Below, piece by piece: positions 1-8,459 of a DNA stretch of 64,000 bases; position 1 is the stretch's first letter; every line of letters begins with the position of its first letter. Location of the stretch: contig CAZRXY010000117.1 of assembly GCA_964604155.1 (NCBI GenBank), positions 3,945-67,944 on the forward strand, written 5' to 3'. A program made the translations under genes and the position numbers. Under the pieces are notes generated by a model. That model did no database searches, was not told where the DNA came from, and saw only the letters and a list, made by a program, of their open reading frames with translations. This stretch comes from an uncultured Candidatus Cloacimonadota bacterium (GTDB taxonomy: Bacteria; Cloacimonadota; Cloacimonadia; Cloacimonadales; TCS61).

Positions 1-587
1 CTACTGCAGACCTTGCCGGTATGGAAGCACTTGAAGGATGTCTGGTACGCATTGATGATGTAACTGTAACTCAGGCACAGGATGGCTATGGTCAATGGTA
101 TGTTACAGATGGCAGTGGACCTTGTCAGATAGATGACAGCTTTTTCTATCTTGACAACGTGGACCCACCCATCGAGATCAATGTTGATGATTTCTGGGGT
201 AGAATCGTAGGAATGGTTAATTATTCTTACAGCGAATATGAGCTCAACCCCCGTTATCCGGAAGATATGTACCCGGATTCTAATTATGATAATGCACTTC
301 TTAAGATGAGTGAAGTGAGTCTATGTGGAAATTATCCAAATCCTTTTAATCCTGTAACCACGATTGAATATGCCCTGGAGAACCCAGCCTCAATAGATTT
401 GGCAATCTACGATATATCCGGCAGACGGGTGAAGACGCTTTTTTGCGGCAGCCAGGTAATCGGAGAGCATCTTGCAGTGTGGGACGGAGTAGATAATAAT
501 GGTAAGGCAGTGGCAAGTGGTATATATTTCAGTAGATTATCACATTCTAATGGAGTGGAGACCACAAAAATGTTGCTCTTGAAATAG
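1..587 (+). CDS. C-terminal part of a secreted protein with FlgD-Ig / T9SS-type C-terminal sorting domain (5'-truncated by window edge)
   Basis: Frame is open from the window start (TADLAG-MEALEG...). It ends in the typical GNYPNPFNPVTTIEY...IYDISGRRVKTL...WDGVDNNGKAVASGIYF...KMLLLK domain, preceded by an OB-fold-like EGCLVRIDDVTVT segment. Confidence 0.8.
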   Translation, partial: TADLAGMEALEGCLVRIDDVTVTQAQDGYGQWYVTDGSGPCQIDDSFFYLDNVDPPIEINVDDFWGRIVGMVNYSYSEYELNPRYPEDMYPDSNYDNALLKMSEVSLCGNYPNPFNPVTTIEYALENPASIDLAIYDISGRRVKTLFCGSQVIGEHLAVWDGVDNNGKAVASGIYFSRLSHSNGVETTKMLLLK

Positions 588-614
588 GCAAAAAGTCTAA
601 AATTGTAATTATAA

Positions 615-648
615 GTCCCGGGATATTTATATTCCGGGATTTCTTTTT
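615..648 (+). terminator. Rho-independent terminator
   Basis: GTCCCGGGATAT / ATATTCCGGGAT hairpin (two G-U pairs) followed by TTCTTTTT, 27 nt after the stop codon. Confidence 0.75.
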
Positions 649-762
649 ATATCTGAGATCAAAACCTAAATGGAATAATACAGGCTGCCAAGAGTATATG
701 AAATATTATCCTGCGGGTATGAGGTAGAGATAGGGGAGAAGAGGGGAAGATGGGATTGAAAA

Positions 763-794
763 TCGAAGGTTAGAAAGTTCGAAGGTTTGAAGAG
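763..794. repeat. Degenerate octamer tandem repeat (4 units)
   Basis: TCGAAGGT TAGAAAGT TCGAAGGT TTGAAGAG. Confidence 0.55.
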
Positions 795-823
795 ATGGGG
801 TGAGAATATTTCGAAAATGTGAT

Positions 824-879
824 CGTCTAACGTCCTACTCCTCACTTCTCACTTCTCACTTCTCACGCCTCACGTCTTG
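824..879. repeat. Heptamer tandem repeat (8 units, consensus CKYCTCA)
   Basis: CGTCTAA CGTCCTA CTCCTCA CTTCTCA CTTCTCA CTTCTCA CGCCTCA CGTCTTG. Confidence 0.85.
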
Positions 880-1034
880 CTTGATTCCAATTCCATTAAA
901 CATTATCCCATCACTCCAGCAGGTTTGTTTTAGCTAAGGATAAGAAATATTTCGGGGGTATACTATAATTCATATAGTAATAATTGACAATTTGAAGTAG
1001 CAATTGATATTAGGACAAAAATTAAGGAAGAAGC

Positions 1035-2894
1035 ATGAAACTGAAAAAAGAGCTGGGATTGATAGACGTGTTCGGTATTGCCGCCGGAGCTATGATATCC
1101 TCGGGATTATTTATTTTACCGGGCTTAGTTTATATGAAAGTGGGACCAATAATTATTGTGGCTTATTTATTCGCCGGCTTGCTAATGCTGCCTTCATTAT
1201 TCAGCCAGATAGAGCTATACTCGGCACAATCGAGTGCGAAAGGCGAGTATTACATAATCCAAAGCAGCATGGGTTCCGGATTGGGGACGATTGCGGGGAT
1301 AGCAGCCTGGCTAAGCCTTGCCCTAAAGAGTGCTTTCGCATTTCTGGGCATTGGTATTTTCACAACGATTTTATTTCCCAGTATCAGTTATAATCAAATC
1401 AGGCTGATAGCTTTATTTTTTTGTTTGTTCTTTATGTTTATAAACATGATAACCGGTAAGCATTCGAACAGGCTTCATTCATGGCTGGTGATCCTGCTTT
1501 TGGTAATACTGGCGGCTTTTGTCTTGCTCGGAATTGACAGATTACAATTGAATAATTTTTCTAATTTTAATAGAGGTAGTTCGCGTGATCTTTTTGCCAC
1601 AGCAGGTTTTGTTTTTATAGCATATACGGGTTTATCAAGGATATACAGCATAGCGGAAGACATAAAGAATCCGGATAAAAATCTGCCTTTGGGAATGATA
1701 CTATCCTTTGTAGTAGTAGCATTCATCTATATTTTGGTGATATTCACCGCTATCGGTATCCTCGGTGACAGAATAATACTACCTGGTGGGAATGGGTCAC
1801 TTACACCAATTTCTGATGCTGCCCAGGTTATTGGTGGAAGATTGGGAATGATAATTCTCGCAATAGTAGCGGTTTTTGCCTTTATCTCTGCGGGAAATAG
1901 CGGTCTCAATGCTGCTTCGCTAATCCCCTCTGCCATGAGCAAAGATAAGCTTCTACCACATTTCCTTAGTAAAATCAATAGTGATTACCAAACTTCGCAT
2001 TTAGCTATTATCTGCACTGTTGCAGTTATGGCAATTTCAATTGTCTTTCTTGATCTGGAATTGCTTATTATCATTGCTTCCACGATTAGTCTGATACTTT
2101 TTACTATCATTAATCTGGCTATTATAATATTGCGGGAAAGCAGAATCCAGAATTATCAACCAAAGTTCAGGTCTCCATTATATCCCTGGTTACAAATCTT
2201 TGCAATAATTACCTATGTATTCCTTATTTATGAGATGGGCAATATTTCCATTTTAATCTCGATAGTATTTATATCCGGCAGTTATATCTGGTATCAGCTC
2301 TACGGTAAAATTCACTCAAATCGCGAAAGTGCCCTGCTTAATATCGTCAGAAAGATAAAATCTTCAGAACTGGATTCTGCAGATTTTGATAAGGAGATAC
2401 GGGAAATAATCAGCGAAAGAGAATTTGTTAATAAAGATAGATTTGACGAGGTGATAGAAAATTGTCCGATACTTGATATTGAAAAGAGTGAGAGCAAAGA
2501 AGAATTTTTCGCCAGAGTCGCCGGGGTTCTTTGCCAGCCGCTCAATTGTGGCGAGCGGGAAATATTTGTGGGATTAATCAATAGAGAAAATGAAAGCTCA
2601 ACTGTACTTTCACAAAACCTGGCAATTCCTCATGTGGTTCTGGAGGGTGAAAAGAAATTTGAAATCGTACTTGCTCGCTCACAGATGGGCGTATTTTTCT
2701 CCGAAGCAGCTCCCACGATCAGGATAATTTTTGTGATAGCAGGCACGAAAGATGAACGTCAATTTCACCTGCAATCTCTATCTGCCATTGCGCAGTTAGT
2801 TCAGCAGCCAGATTTCCAGAAAAAATGGCTAAAAGCTCAAAATATAGATGAACTCAGAAAGGTGATTTTAATGGCAGAACGGGCCAGAGACTAA
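1035..2894 (+). CDS. APC-family amino acid permease fused to a C-terminal PTS EIIA (Ntr/Fru-type) domain
   Basis: N-terminal LKKELGLIDVFGIAAGAMISSGLFILPG APC motif and about 12 hydrophobic segments. C-terminal RENESST...LAIPH EIIA motif with the phospho-His retained. Confidence 0.85.
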   Translation: MKLKKELGLIDVFGIAAGAMISSGLFILPGLVYMKVGPIIIVAYLFAGLLMLPSLFSQIELYSAQSSAKGEYYIIQSSMGSGLGTIAGIAAWLSLALKSAFAFLGIGIFTTILFPSISYNQIRLIALFFCLFFMFINMITGKHSNRLHSWLVILLLVILAAFVLLGIDRLQLNNFSNFNRGSSRDLFATAGFVFIAYTGLSRIYSIAEDIKNPDKNLPLGMILSFVVVAFIYILVIFTAIGILGDRIILPGGNGSLTPISDAAQVIGGRLGMIILAIVAVFAFISAGNSGLNAASLIPSAMSKDKLLPHFLSKINSDYQTSHLAIICTVAVMAISIVFLDLELLIIIASTISLILFTIINLAIIILRESRIQNYQPKFRSPLYPWLQIFAIITYVFLIYEMGNISILISIVFISGSYIWYQLYGKIHSNRESALLNIVRKIKSSELDSADFDKEIREIISEREFVNKDRFDEVIENCPILDIEKSESKEEFFARVAGVLCQPLNCGEREIFVGLINRENESSTVLSQNLAIPHVVLEGEKKFEIVLARSQMGVFFSEAAPTIRIIFVIAGTKDERQFHLQSLSAIAQLVQQPDFQKKWLKAQNIDELRKVILMAERARD

Positions 2895-2915
2895 ATGTAA
2901 AAAAAAACAGGAAAT

Positions 2916-4208
2916 ATGAAATATTATATTGAGACATACGGCTGCCAGATGAATGTGGCAGATAGTGAACTTGTCATGACCATATTGGAAGATAATGGTT
3001 ACCTTAGAGCAATCTCAATCAGTGAAGCTGATGTGATAATATTTAATACCTGCTCTGTGCGTAAGCATGCGGAAGAACGGGTGCTGGGAAGGATCAGTAA
3101 TGAGATGAGACACAAGACAGATTCTCATCTGATCATTGGTGTGATCGGCTGCATGGCACAAAGACTGGGAAAAGAACTATTCGATCTAAGTGCTGGAGTA
3201 GATTTTGTGGTTGGAGTAGATCAATACAATAATCTACCTGAGATAATTGAGACTGCCTATAGCAGAAAGCTGGTTTATAATACAAAAGTGGATAAGGATC
3301 AGGTGTATTCCGGCACTATTCCAAGACATCAGGATGTTCATAAAGCCTATATCACGATCATGAGAGGTTGCAATAATTTTTGCAGCTATTGTATTGTCCC
3401 TTTCACGCGGGGCAGAGAACGCAGCAGAACAGATAAGGATATTTTGGAAGACGTGAGAATCGCTGCCGGGCAGGGAAGAAAAGAGATTATGCTTCTAGGT
3501 CAGAATGTGAATTCTTATCAATATAAGAATATTGATTTTCCTCAATTGCTAAAGATGGTTAATGAAATAGATGGCATAGACAGGATTAGATTTACTACCT
3601 CGCATCCTAAAGACCTGTCCGATAAATTGATAGCTGCAATGGCAGAAAGCTCTAAAGTATGTGAACATTTTCATCTGGCGATGCAGTCCGGAGATAACAG
3701 GATATTGCAGAGTATGAATCGTGGCTATACTGCCGAAAGTTATTATAAATTGATTGCGAAACTGCGCTCTGCCATACCCGATATAGCAATTACCACAGAT
3801 GTGATTGCGGGTTTTCCAGGTGAGACCGAAGAACAATTTATGAGGACTTTTGATCTGATGAAAGAGATAGAGTTTGATTATGCCTTTATGTTCAAATATT
3901 CGCCGCGTTCCGGCACAAAGGCGGCAGAATTTTCTGACCAGGTCCCTGAGGAAATAAGATTGAACAGATTGCAAAGGCTTATTGAGCAGCAGGAAAAGAT
4001 CACAACTAAGAAATATCGCGATAAGATAGGGAAGAGGTGTGAGATATATGTGGAAGGTGTGAGCAGGAAATCTAAGCAGGAAGTTGCCGGGAAAACCCGC
4101 GATTTTAAAGTTACAGTATTTCCGGGGGAGATTGCTCTCATAGGAAAGTCGATCGAGGTGGAAATAATCGATGCTGCAGGCTGGACCCTGAAAGGGAAAC
4201 AGCTTTGA
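2916..4208 (+). CDS. miaB: tRNA-i6A37 methylthiotransferase MiaB
   Basis: YYIETYGCQMNVADSE, NTCSVR, GCMAQR, radical SAM motif CNNFCSYC, C-terminal TRAM domain. Confidence 0.95.
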   Translation: MKYYIETYGCQMNVADSELVMTILEDNGYLRAISISEADVIIFNTCSVRKHAEERVLGRISNEMRHKTDSHLIIGVIGCMAQRLGKELFDLSAGVDFVVGVDQYNNLPEIIETAYSRKLVYNTKVDKDQVYSGTIPRHQDVHKAYITIMRGCNNFCSYCIVPFTRGRERSRTDKDILEDVRIAAGQGRKEIMLLGQNVNSYQYKNIDFPQLLKMVNEIDGIDRIRFTTSHPKDLSDKLIAAMAESSKVCEHFHLAMQSGDNRILQSMNRGYTAESYYKLIAKLRSAIPDIAITTDVIAGFPGETEEQFMRTFDLMKEIEFDYAFMFKYSPRSGTKAAEFSDQVPEEIRLNRLQRLIEQQEKITTKKYRDKIGKRCEIYVEGVSRKSKQEVAGKTRDFKVTVFPGEIALIGKSIEVEIIDAAGWTLKGKQL

Positions 4209-4217
4209 TAGTTTTAT

Positions 4218-5015
4218 ATGGATAAAATATCTCGAGTAGTAAAACAGGATATTACCCATCCCGCTTTTGCCGATATCTATGAATGGGAGTTTGGTATTGT
4301 AGCCGGCAATAGGCAGCAGGAAATAAAATTCTGGATTGCTTTTGCCGAACAGTATGGCAGCAACCTGTTAGAATTGGGTTGTGGCACCGGATATATTACT
4401 ATTCCATTGGTGACAAGAGGTTATAATCTATTTGCTATTGATAATTCATCCCGGATGATTAATGCCTTAAAATCTAAAATCCCACCCGAAACAGAAAGGA
4501 CTAAGCTGATATTTATGCTCGCAGACATGCAGGATTTTCATCTTAATTATGTATTTGATGCCTGCTTTATTCCATATTCTGCCTTTCAATATCTCCGTGG
4601 ACACGAAAGCCGGAAAAATTGCCTTATAGCAATTCATAGGCATCTGATTACCGGTGGTATCTTAGGTATAGACCTTGATAATTCCCTGCTTGACCCCCCC
4701 GCTTCTATGCCGCCCACTTTGCTGTATAGCGAATATAATCCCCAAATAAAAGCTAAAATTACTATGCTTACTTCATGGCAGACCGATCCTGATAATAATA
4801 TAAGAACCTGGTTAGATAGATACCATCTGGTTTATTCCGATAATACTACTTATTCTTTTAAAAATACAATTAGCCTTGAGAATATATCGCTACAATACAT
4901 CACGAATTTACTCAGAGAATCAGATTTTGAGATATTGAATATCTATGGTGATTATCACTTGAATCCATACGGTAGTGATTCTGATAGACTAATCATTATC
5001 GCCCGGAGAAATTAA
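4218..5015 (+). CDS. Class I SAM-dependent methyltransferase
   Basis: LLELGCGTG motif I, ADMQDF motif. Confidence 0.85.
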   Translation: MDKISRVVKQDITHPAFADIYEWEFGIVAGNRQQEIKFWIAFAEQYGSNLLELGCGTGYITIPLVTRGYNLFAIDNSSRMINALKSKIPPETERTKLIFMLADMQDFHLNYVFDACFIPYSAFQYLRGHESRKNCLIAIHRHLITGGILGIDLDNSLLDPPASMPPTLLYSEYNPQIKAKITMLTSWQTDPDNNIRTWLDRYHLVYSDNTTYSFKNTISLENISLQYITNLLRESDFEILNIYGDYHLNPYGSDSDRLIIIARRN

Positions 5016-5398
5016 TAGGTAAGCAGTGTTTTGGTGTGCTTTGCTTTATGAGATGCAGTTATTATTAATTTTTGTGGTACACAGATTATCGGCTGGTCTT
5101 TAACCCAGCCTTGTTTTACACAATATTGCTCGGAACAAACGGATTCCTGCAATCTATATTGGTTCATGGATATTTCGAGGATAGTGCCATCATTGATCAT
5201 GATTATCTGATCTTTGCTGAGATCATACCTGCCGAATAACTTGTTATCCAAATACACTTCCAAGTAATCTGCCTGTTTACCGGGCAATTGGGCTATTGTA
5301 AGTAATACAGCCACTATTATCAGAATCATAATGAAGATAATGTCTGCCTTTTTTAATATCTTAAGAGTGTCTCTAATTTTTATGCTGCCAGACTCCAT
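5012..5398 (-). CDS. NusG domain II (Lin0431/DUF1312-like) membrane-anchored protein
   Basis: LKKADIIFIMILII anchor and ESVCSEQYCVKQGW...IICVPQKLII three-Cys pattern. Start uncertain; ORF track begins at 5437. Confidence 0.75.
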   Translation of the reverse strand: MESGSIKIRDTLKILKKADIIFIMILIIVAVLLTIAQLPGKQADYLEVYLDNKLFGRYDLSKDQIIMINDGTILEISMNQYRLQESVCSEQYCVKQGWVKDQPIICVPQKLIITASHKAKHTKTLLTY

Positions 5399-6359
5399 AA
5401 TTCTTATGATTGCACAAAGGACATCTGCCATCATCAATTTCTATCGGGAGATTATAACTTCTTTTAACGATCTTTGTGTGGCAATTCTCGCAGGTAAGCC
5501 AGTTATCGAAAGGGATATTTCCCAGATATACATGATGAAGCTTCTCTTTTGCCCTCGTATATGCATAATATAATCTCTGAATATCTGTGGCAGGTTTTAT
5601 TAATTTATAACAGGGATAATAGCGTGAAAAGTGTAATGGTATTCTGTTATCCATCTCTGAAACAAATTCTATCAAATCATTTATATCTTCATCGCTGTCA
5701 TTTTCACCGGTTATTAATAAATTCGTGATCTCAAGATGGCAGCGATCCTTAACTAATTCTATTGATTGCAATACCGGAGCTAATGTCCCCAGGCAGTTTC
5801 TCACATAAAAATCATTTCTGATTGATTTTAAATCTATATTCATCGCTGTGATGTAGGGGAGAAGCTCTTCCAGAGGCTCCCGGTTTATATAGCCGTTTGT
5901 TACCAGAATAATGTTATAACCCATATTTTTCAAATACTTAGAAGTATCATAGATGAATTCATACCAGATTGTCGGCTCAGTATAGGTGAATGCCACAGAA
6001 CCTATTTTGTATTGCTCAAGTAAACTGACTAGATCCTCTTTGCATAGCTCGCCCGTTGATGCCGTTTTTTGAGAAATTTCGTAATTCTGGCAGTAATTGC
6101 AATGCAAATTGCAATAATTGGCTCCCAAAGACAAAACCCTGCTCCCTGGTAAAAAATGGTATAAGGGCTTTTTCTCTACCGGATCATAGGGGTTTATTGA
6201 AACCACCCTGCCATAATTTATTGCGTATAATATGCCGGAAATATTTTTCCGTGACCTGCAACGCCCAAGATTACCCGGCGAAATATTGCAGCCCACGGGA
6301 CACAAGGTGCATCTTACATTATCTTCAGGTAATCTTTCATAGTACTTTGCTTCTTTCAT
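5373..6359 (-). CDS. amrS: AmmeMemoRadiSam system radical SAM enzyme
   Basis: N-terminal CTLCPVGC...CRSR, DPVEKKPLYHFLPG, CNLHCNYCQN, AFTYTEPT, C-terminal Zn ribbon (CENC...CPLC). Confidence 0.9.
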   Translation of the reverse strand: MKEAKYYERLPEDNVRCTLCPVGCNISPGNLGRCRSRKNISGILYAINYGRVVSINPYDPVEKKPLYHFLPGSRVLSLGANYCNLHCNYCQNYEISQKTASTGELCKEDLVSLLEQYKIGSVAFTYTEPTIWYEFIYDTSKYLKNMGYNIILVTNGYINREPLEELLPYITAMNIDLKSIRNDFYVRNCLGTLAPVLQSIELVKDRCHLEITNLLITGENDSDEDINDLIEFVSEMDNRIPLHFSRYYPCYKLIKPATDIQRLYYAYTRAKEKLHHVYLGNIPFDNWLTCENCHTKIVKRSYNLPIEIDDGRCPLCNHKNYGVWQHKN

Positions 6360-6476
6360 GCTCCCATGTCAAATTTATCTATCTGAAATGTCAATAGATA
6401 ATTTCTCCTGCCGGCATATCCCTGAAAATTATATGGCTAATGGTTCATAAATCACACTGCAGGGGTGATGGAATAA

Positions 6477-6504
6477 TTTTGAATGTTGGATTTTGAAGAT
6501 TGAA
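6477..6504. repeat. Degenerate heptamer repeat (TTTTGAA-like, 4 units)
   Basis: TTTTGAA TGTTGGA TTTTGAA GATTGAA. Confidence 0.55.
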
Positions 6505-6608
6505 TGAATAGCCCCGTGCTTTTAGCTCGGGGTTTCAAAGACCGCCCGGAAGTACGCTACAGGATCACCGGGATTGAATGGATAGCCCCGTGCTTTTAGC
6601 TCGGGGTT
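6498..6608. repeat. REP-like palindromic direct repeat doublet (two 37-nt copies, 37-nt spacer)
   Basis: GATTGAATGRATAGCCCCGTGCTTTTAGCTCGGGGTT at 6498-6534 and 6572-6608 (one mismatch). Each copy holds a CCCCG...CGGGG hairpin. Confidence 0.85.
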
Positions 6609-7130
6609 GGCGATGTCCTCCTTATTGGGATTTATACCTTAATTCATGTGGATGAAAGAACAGCAGTAGAAATTCATGGGAGCAGCCTGTGCAATCTCAT
6701 TTGTACAAATAAACTGCCAGCCATGTAAATTGGAAAGGGAAGCCCGATATTTTCTCCTGCCCATATTTCTATTTTATAATTTGCCCCTCATGCAAAAAAT
6801 CACTCTTTTCCCGCTAAACGATTAAGTAGAAAAAATGAAATTTTATAAAAGCTGATATAAATGACTACGGCTATACCATAAACCATTTTAGCGTGCCTTA
6901 TATAAGTTTACATAATATATCTTATGATGAATGCGAACCGCAGCCCGGTCGGGGAGAGCAGCAGATCTCTTAACCGCCTGTATGGTTGGGCATCCAGATG
7001 ATTAACGTGTCTTAGAAGCGATATTTGGCAGTCTGGTAAAACAATACATTTCATAATAAATGATGAAGCCGGAGATAAAACATTGACTAAATTCCCGCAT
7101 GAGCTTTTTTTTAAATCATTGGAGGCATAA

Positions 7131-8006
7131 ATGCGAAGTATGACCGGTTATGGAAAATCAGTTTATTCTGGTGAAGATTTTATCCTGGAATTTGAGATAA
7201 AATCCGTAAATAGCAGATTTCTTGAGATCAGGCTTTCTGTACCAAGAGAGCTTACATTTCTTGAGATTGAGATCAATAACAAGATCAAAGGTACTATTAG
7301 CAGGGGCAAAATATCCGGGAAGTTGAATTTAGTATCGTTTGAGCCCCCTGAATTAATCATAAACAGAAGCAAATTAGCTTCCTATCTAAAAGTGATGCAT
7401 GAAATCAAGGATATCACCGGCAATCAGGGCGATATCCCTTTGGATTTTTTTTTACAGAATGAAGAGATTTTATATCATAATGAAGATCTATCTGGGCATT
7501 CGATACTGAAGGAAAAAGTATTTTATGTGATAGAGGAAGGTCTTAATGAGCATCAAAGATCAGCCAGAAATGAAGGCGAATCTATGCGAAACTTCCTGGT
7601 TTCATCAAGTTTGCAGATGCACAAATCATTAGATATCATAAAAGGATCATTTCCTGAATACAAATCCGAAATCTCAAGCAGAATGCAAAATGCTGCGAGT
7701 AATCTATATAAGGGAAAATTGTGCGATGAAGATATGAACCGCATATCTTTAGAGATTGCCTTTTATATTGAGAAAGCAGATGTCACAGAAGAGATCATCC
7801 GGCTTGAGCATCACATAAAAAAATTCAGTGAAGCGATACTGGCTGCCGAAGACATCGGAAAAACCTTGAATTTTCTTTTGCAGGAAATGCATCGAGAGAT
7901 AAATACTATTGGCTCCAAGTACAGCCATAATTCGATATTTGAAGAGATTATACTGATCAAAGAAGAAATAGAAAAGTGCCGTGAAATGGTGCAGAATGTT
8001 ATTTAA
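7131..8006 (+). CDS. yicC: YicC/YloC family endoribonuclease
   Basis: MRSMTGYG, EIKSVNSRFLE, DVTEEIIRL..H, GKTLNFLLQEMHREINTIGSK, EIEKCREMVQNV. GGAGG SD upstream. Confidence 0.93.
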   Translation: MRSMTGYGKSVYSGEDFILEFEIKSVNSRFLEIRLSVPRELTFLEIEINNKIKGTISRGKISGKLNLVSFEPPELIINRSKLASYLKVMHEIKDITGNQGDIPLDFFLQNEEILYHNEDLSGHSILKEKVFYVIEEGLNEHQRSARNEGESMRNFLVSSSLQMHKSLDIIKGSFPEYKSEISSRMQNAASNLYKGKLCDEDMNRISLEIAFYIEKADVTEEIIRLEHHIKKFSEAILAAEDIGKTLNFLLQEMHREINTIGSKYSHNSIFEEIILIKEEIEKCREMVQNVI

Positions 8007-8018
8007 GGATTAATATTA

Positions 8019-8459
8019 ATGACGCAAAGCGAAATAAGACTCAGTTGGACTTCCCACCCACTTCTTGATGATCTGCCGAGGACAATATTTTTAATCATCA
8101 TTATTATACTTGTTTCATTGATCCTTTATCAGACAACAATTATTAACTGGCAGGCTCCTCTTTACTTTTTTCTGGGAATGCTCTTTTTTCTCGGAAGTAT
8201 GATCACCTGGTTTATACCCACTACCTATTCTATTTATGATGATAAAATTGTTATCAAATATCCATTTTTTGCCATTGAGAAAAAATGGGGAGTTTTTGGC
8301 TGCTGGTATGCCGACAAAAAGGGTGTGATGCTGGGAACATTTAAGAGACCTCGCCGGCTTGATAATTTCAGAGGGCAATCTCTGCGATTTAGTAAAGATA
8401 AAAGTGAAAAAGACGCTTTATTTGCCATATTAAACGAAAAAATAGGGAATAATTACTAA
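8019..8459 (+). CDS. Hypothetical membrane protein (2 TM plus a small beta-rich domain)
   Basis: Two hydrophobic segments; stop overlaps the rnr start (TAATG). Confidence 0.7.
   Translation: MTQSEIRLSWTSHPLLDDLPRTIFLIIIIILVSLILYQTTIINWQAPLYFFLGMLFFLGSMITWFIPTTYSIYDDKIVIKYPFFAIEKKWGVFGCWYADKKGVMLGTFKRPRRLDNFRGQSLRFSKDKSEKDALFAILNEKIGNNY

Noticed and set aside
3549-4259. 236-aa antisense ORF in miaB, and similar shadow ORFs such as 23594-24505, 8756-9280 and 52129-52707
   Set aside because: Fully antisense to well-conserved genes, with no recognisable motifs; expected codon-bias shadows.
6498-6608. Bona fide CRISPR array
   Set aside because: Only two repeats, no cas genes, a self-complementary spacer and no typical GAAA(C/G) repeat end. 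Kept as a REP-like element.
6933-6965. SRP RNA (GAACC...GCAGC resemblance)
   Set aside because: Lacks the conserved CAGG-stem-GNRA-stem-AGCAG domain IV arrangement.
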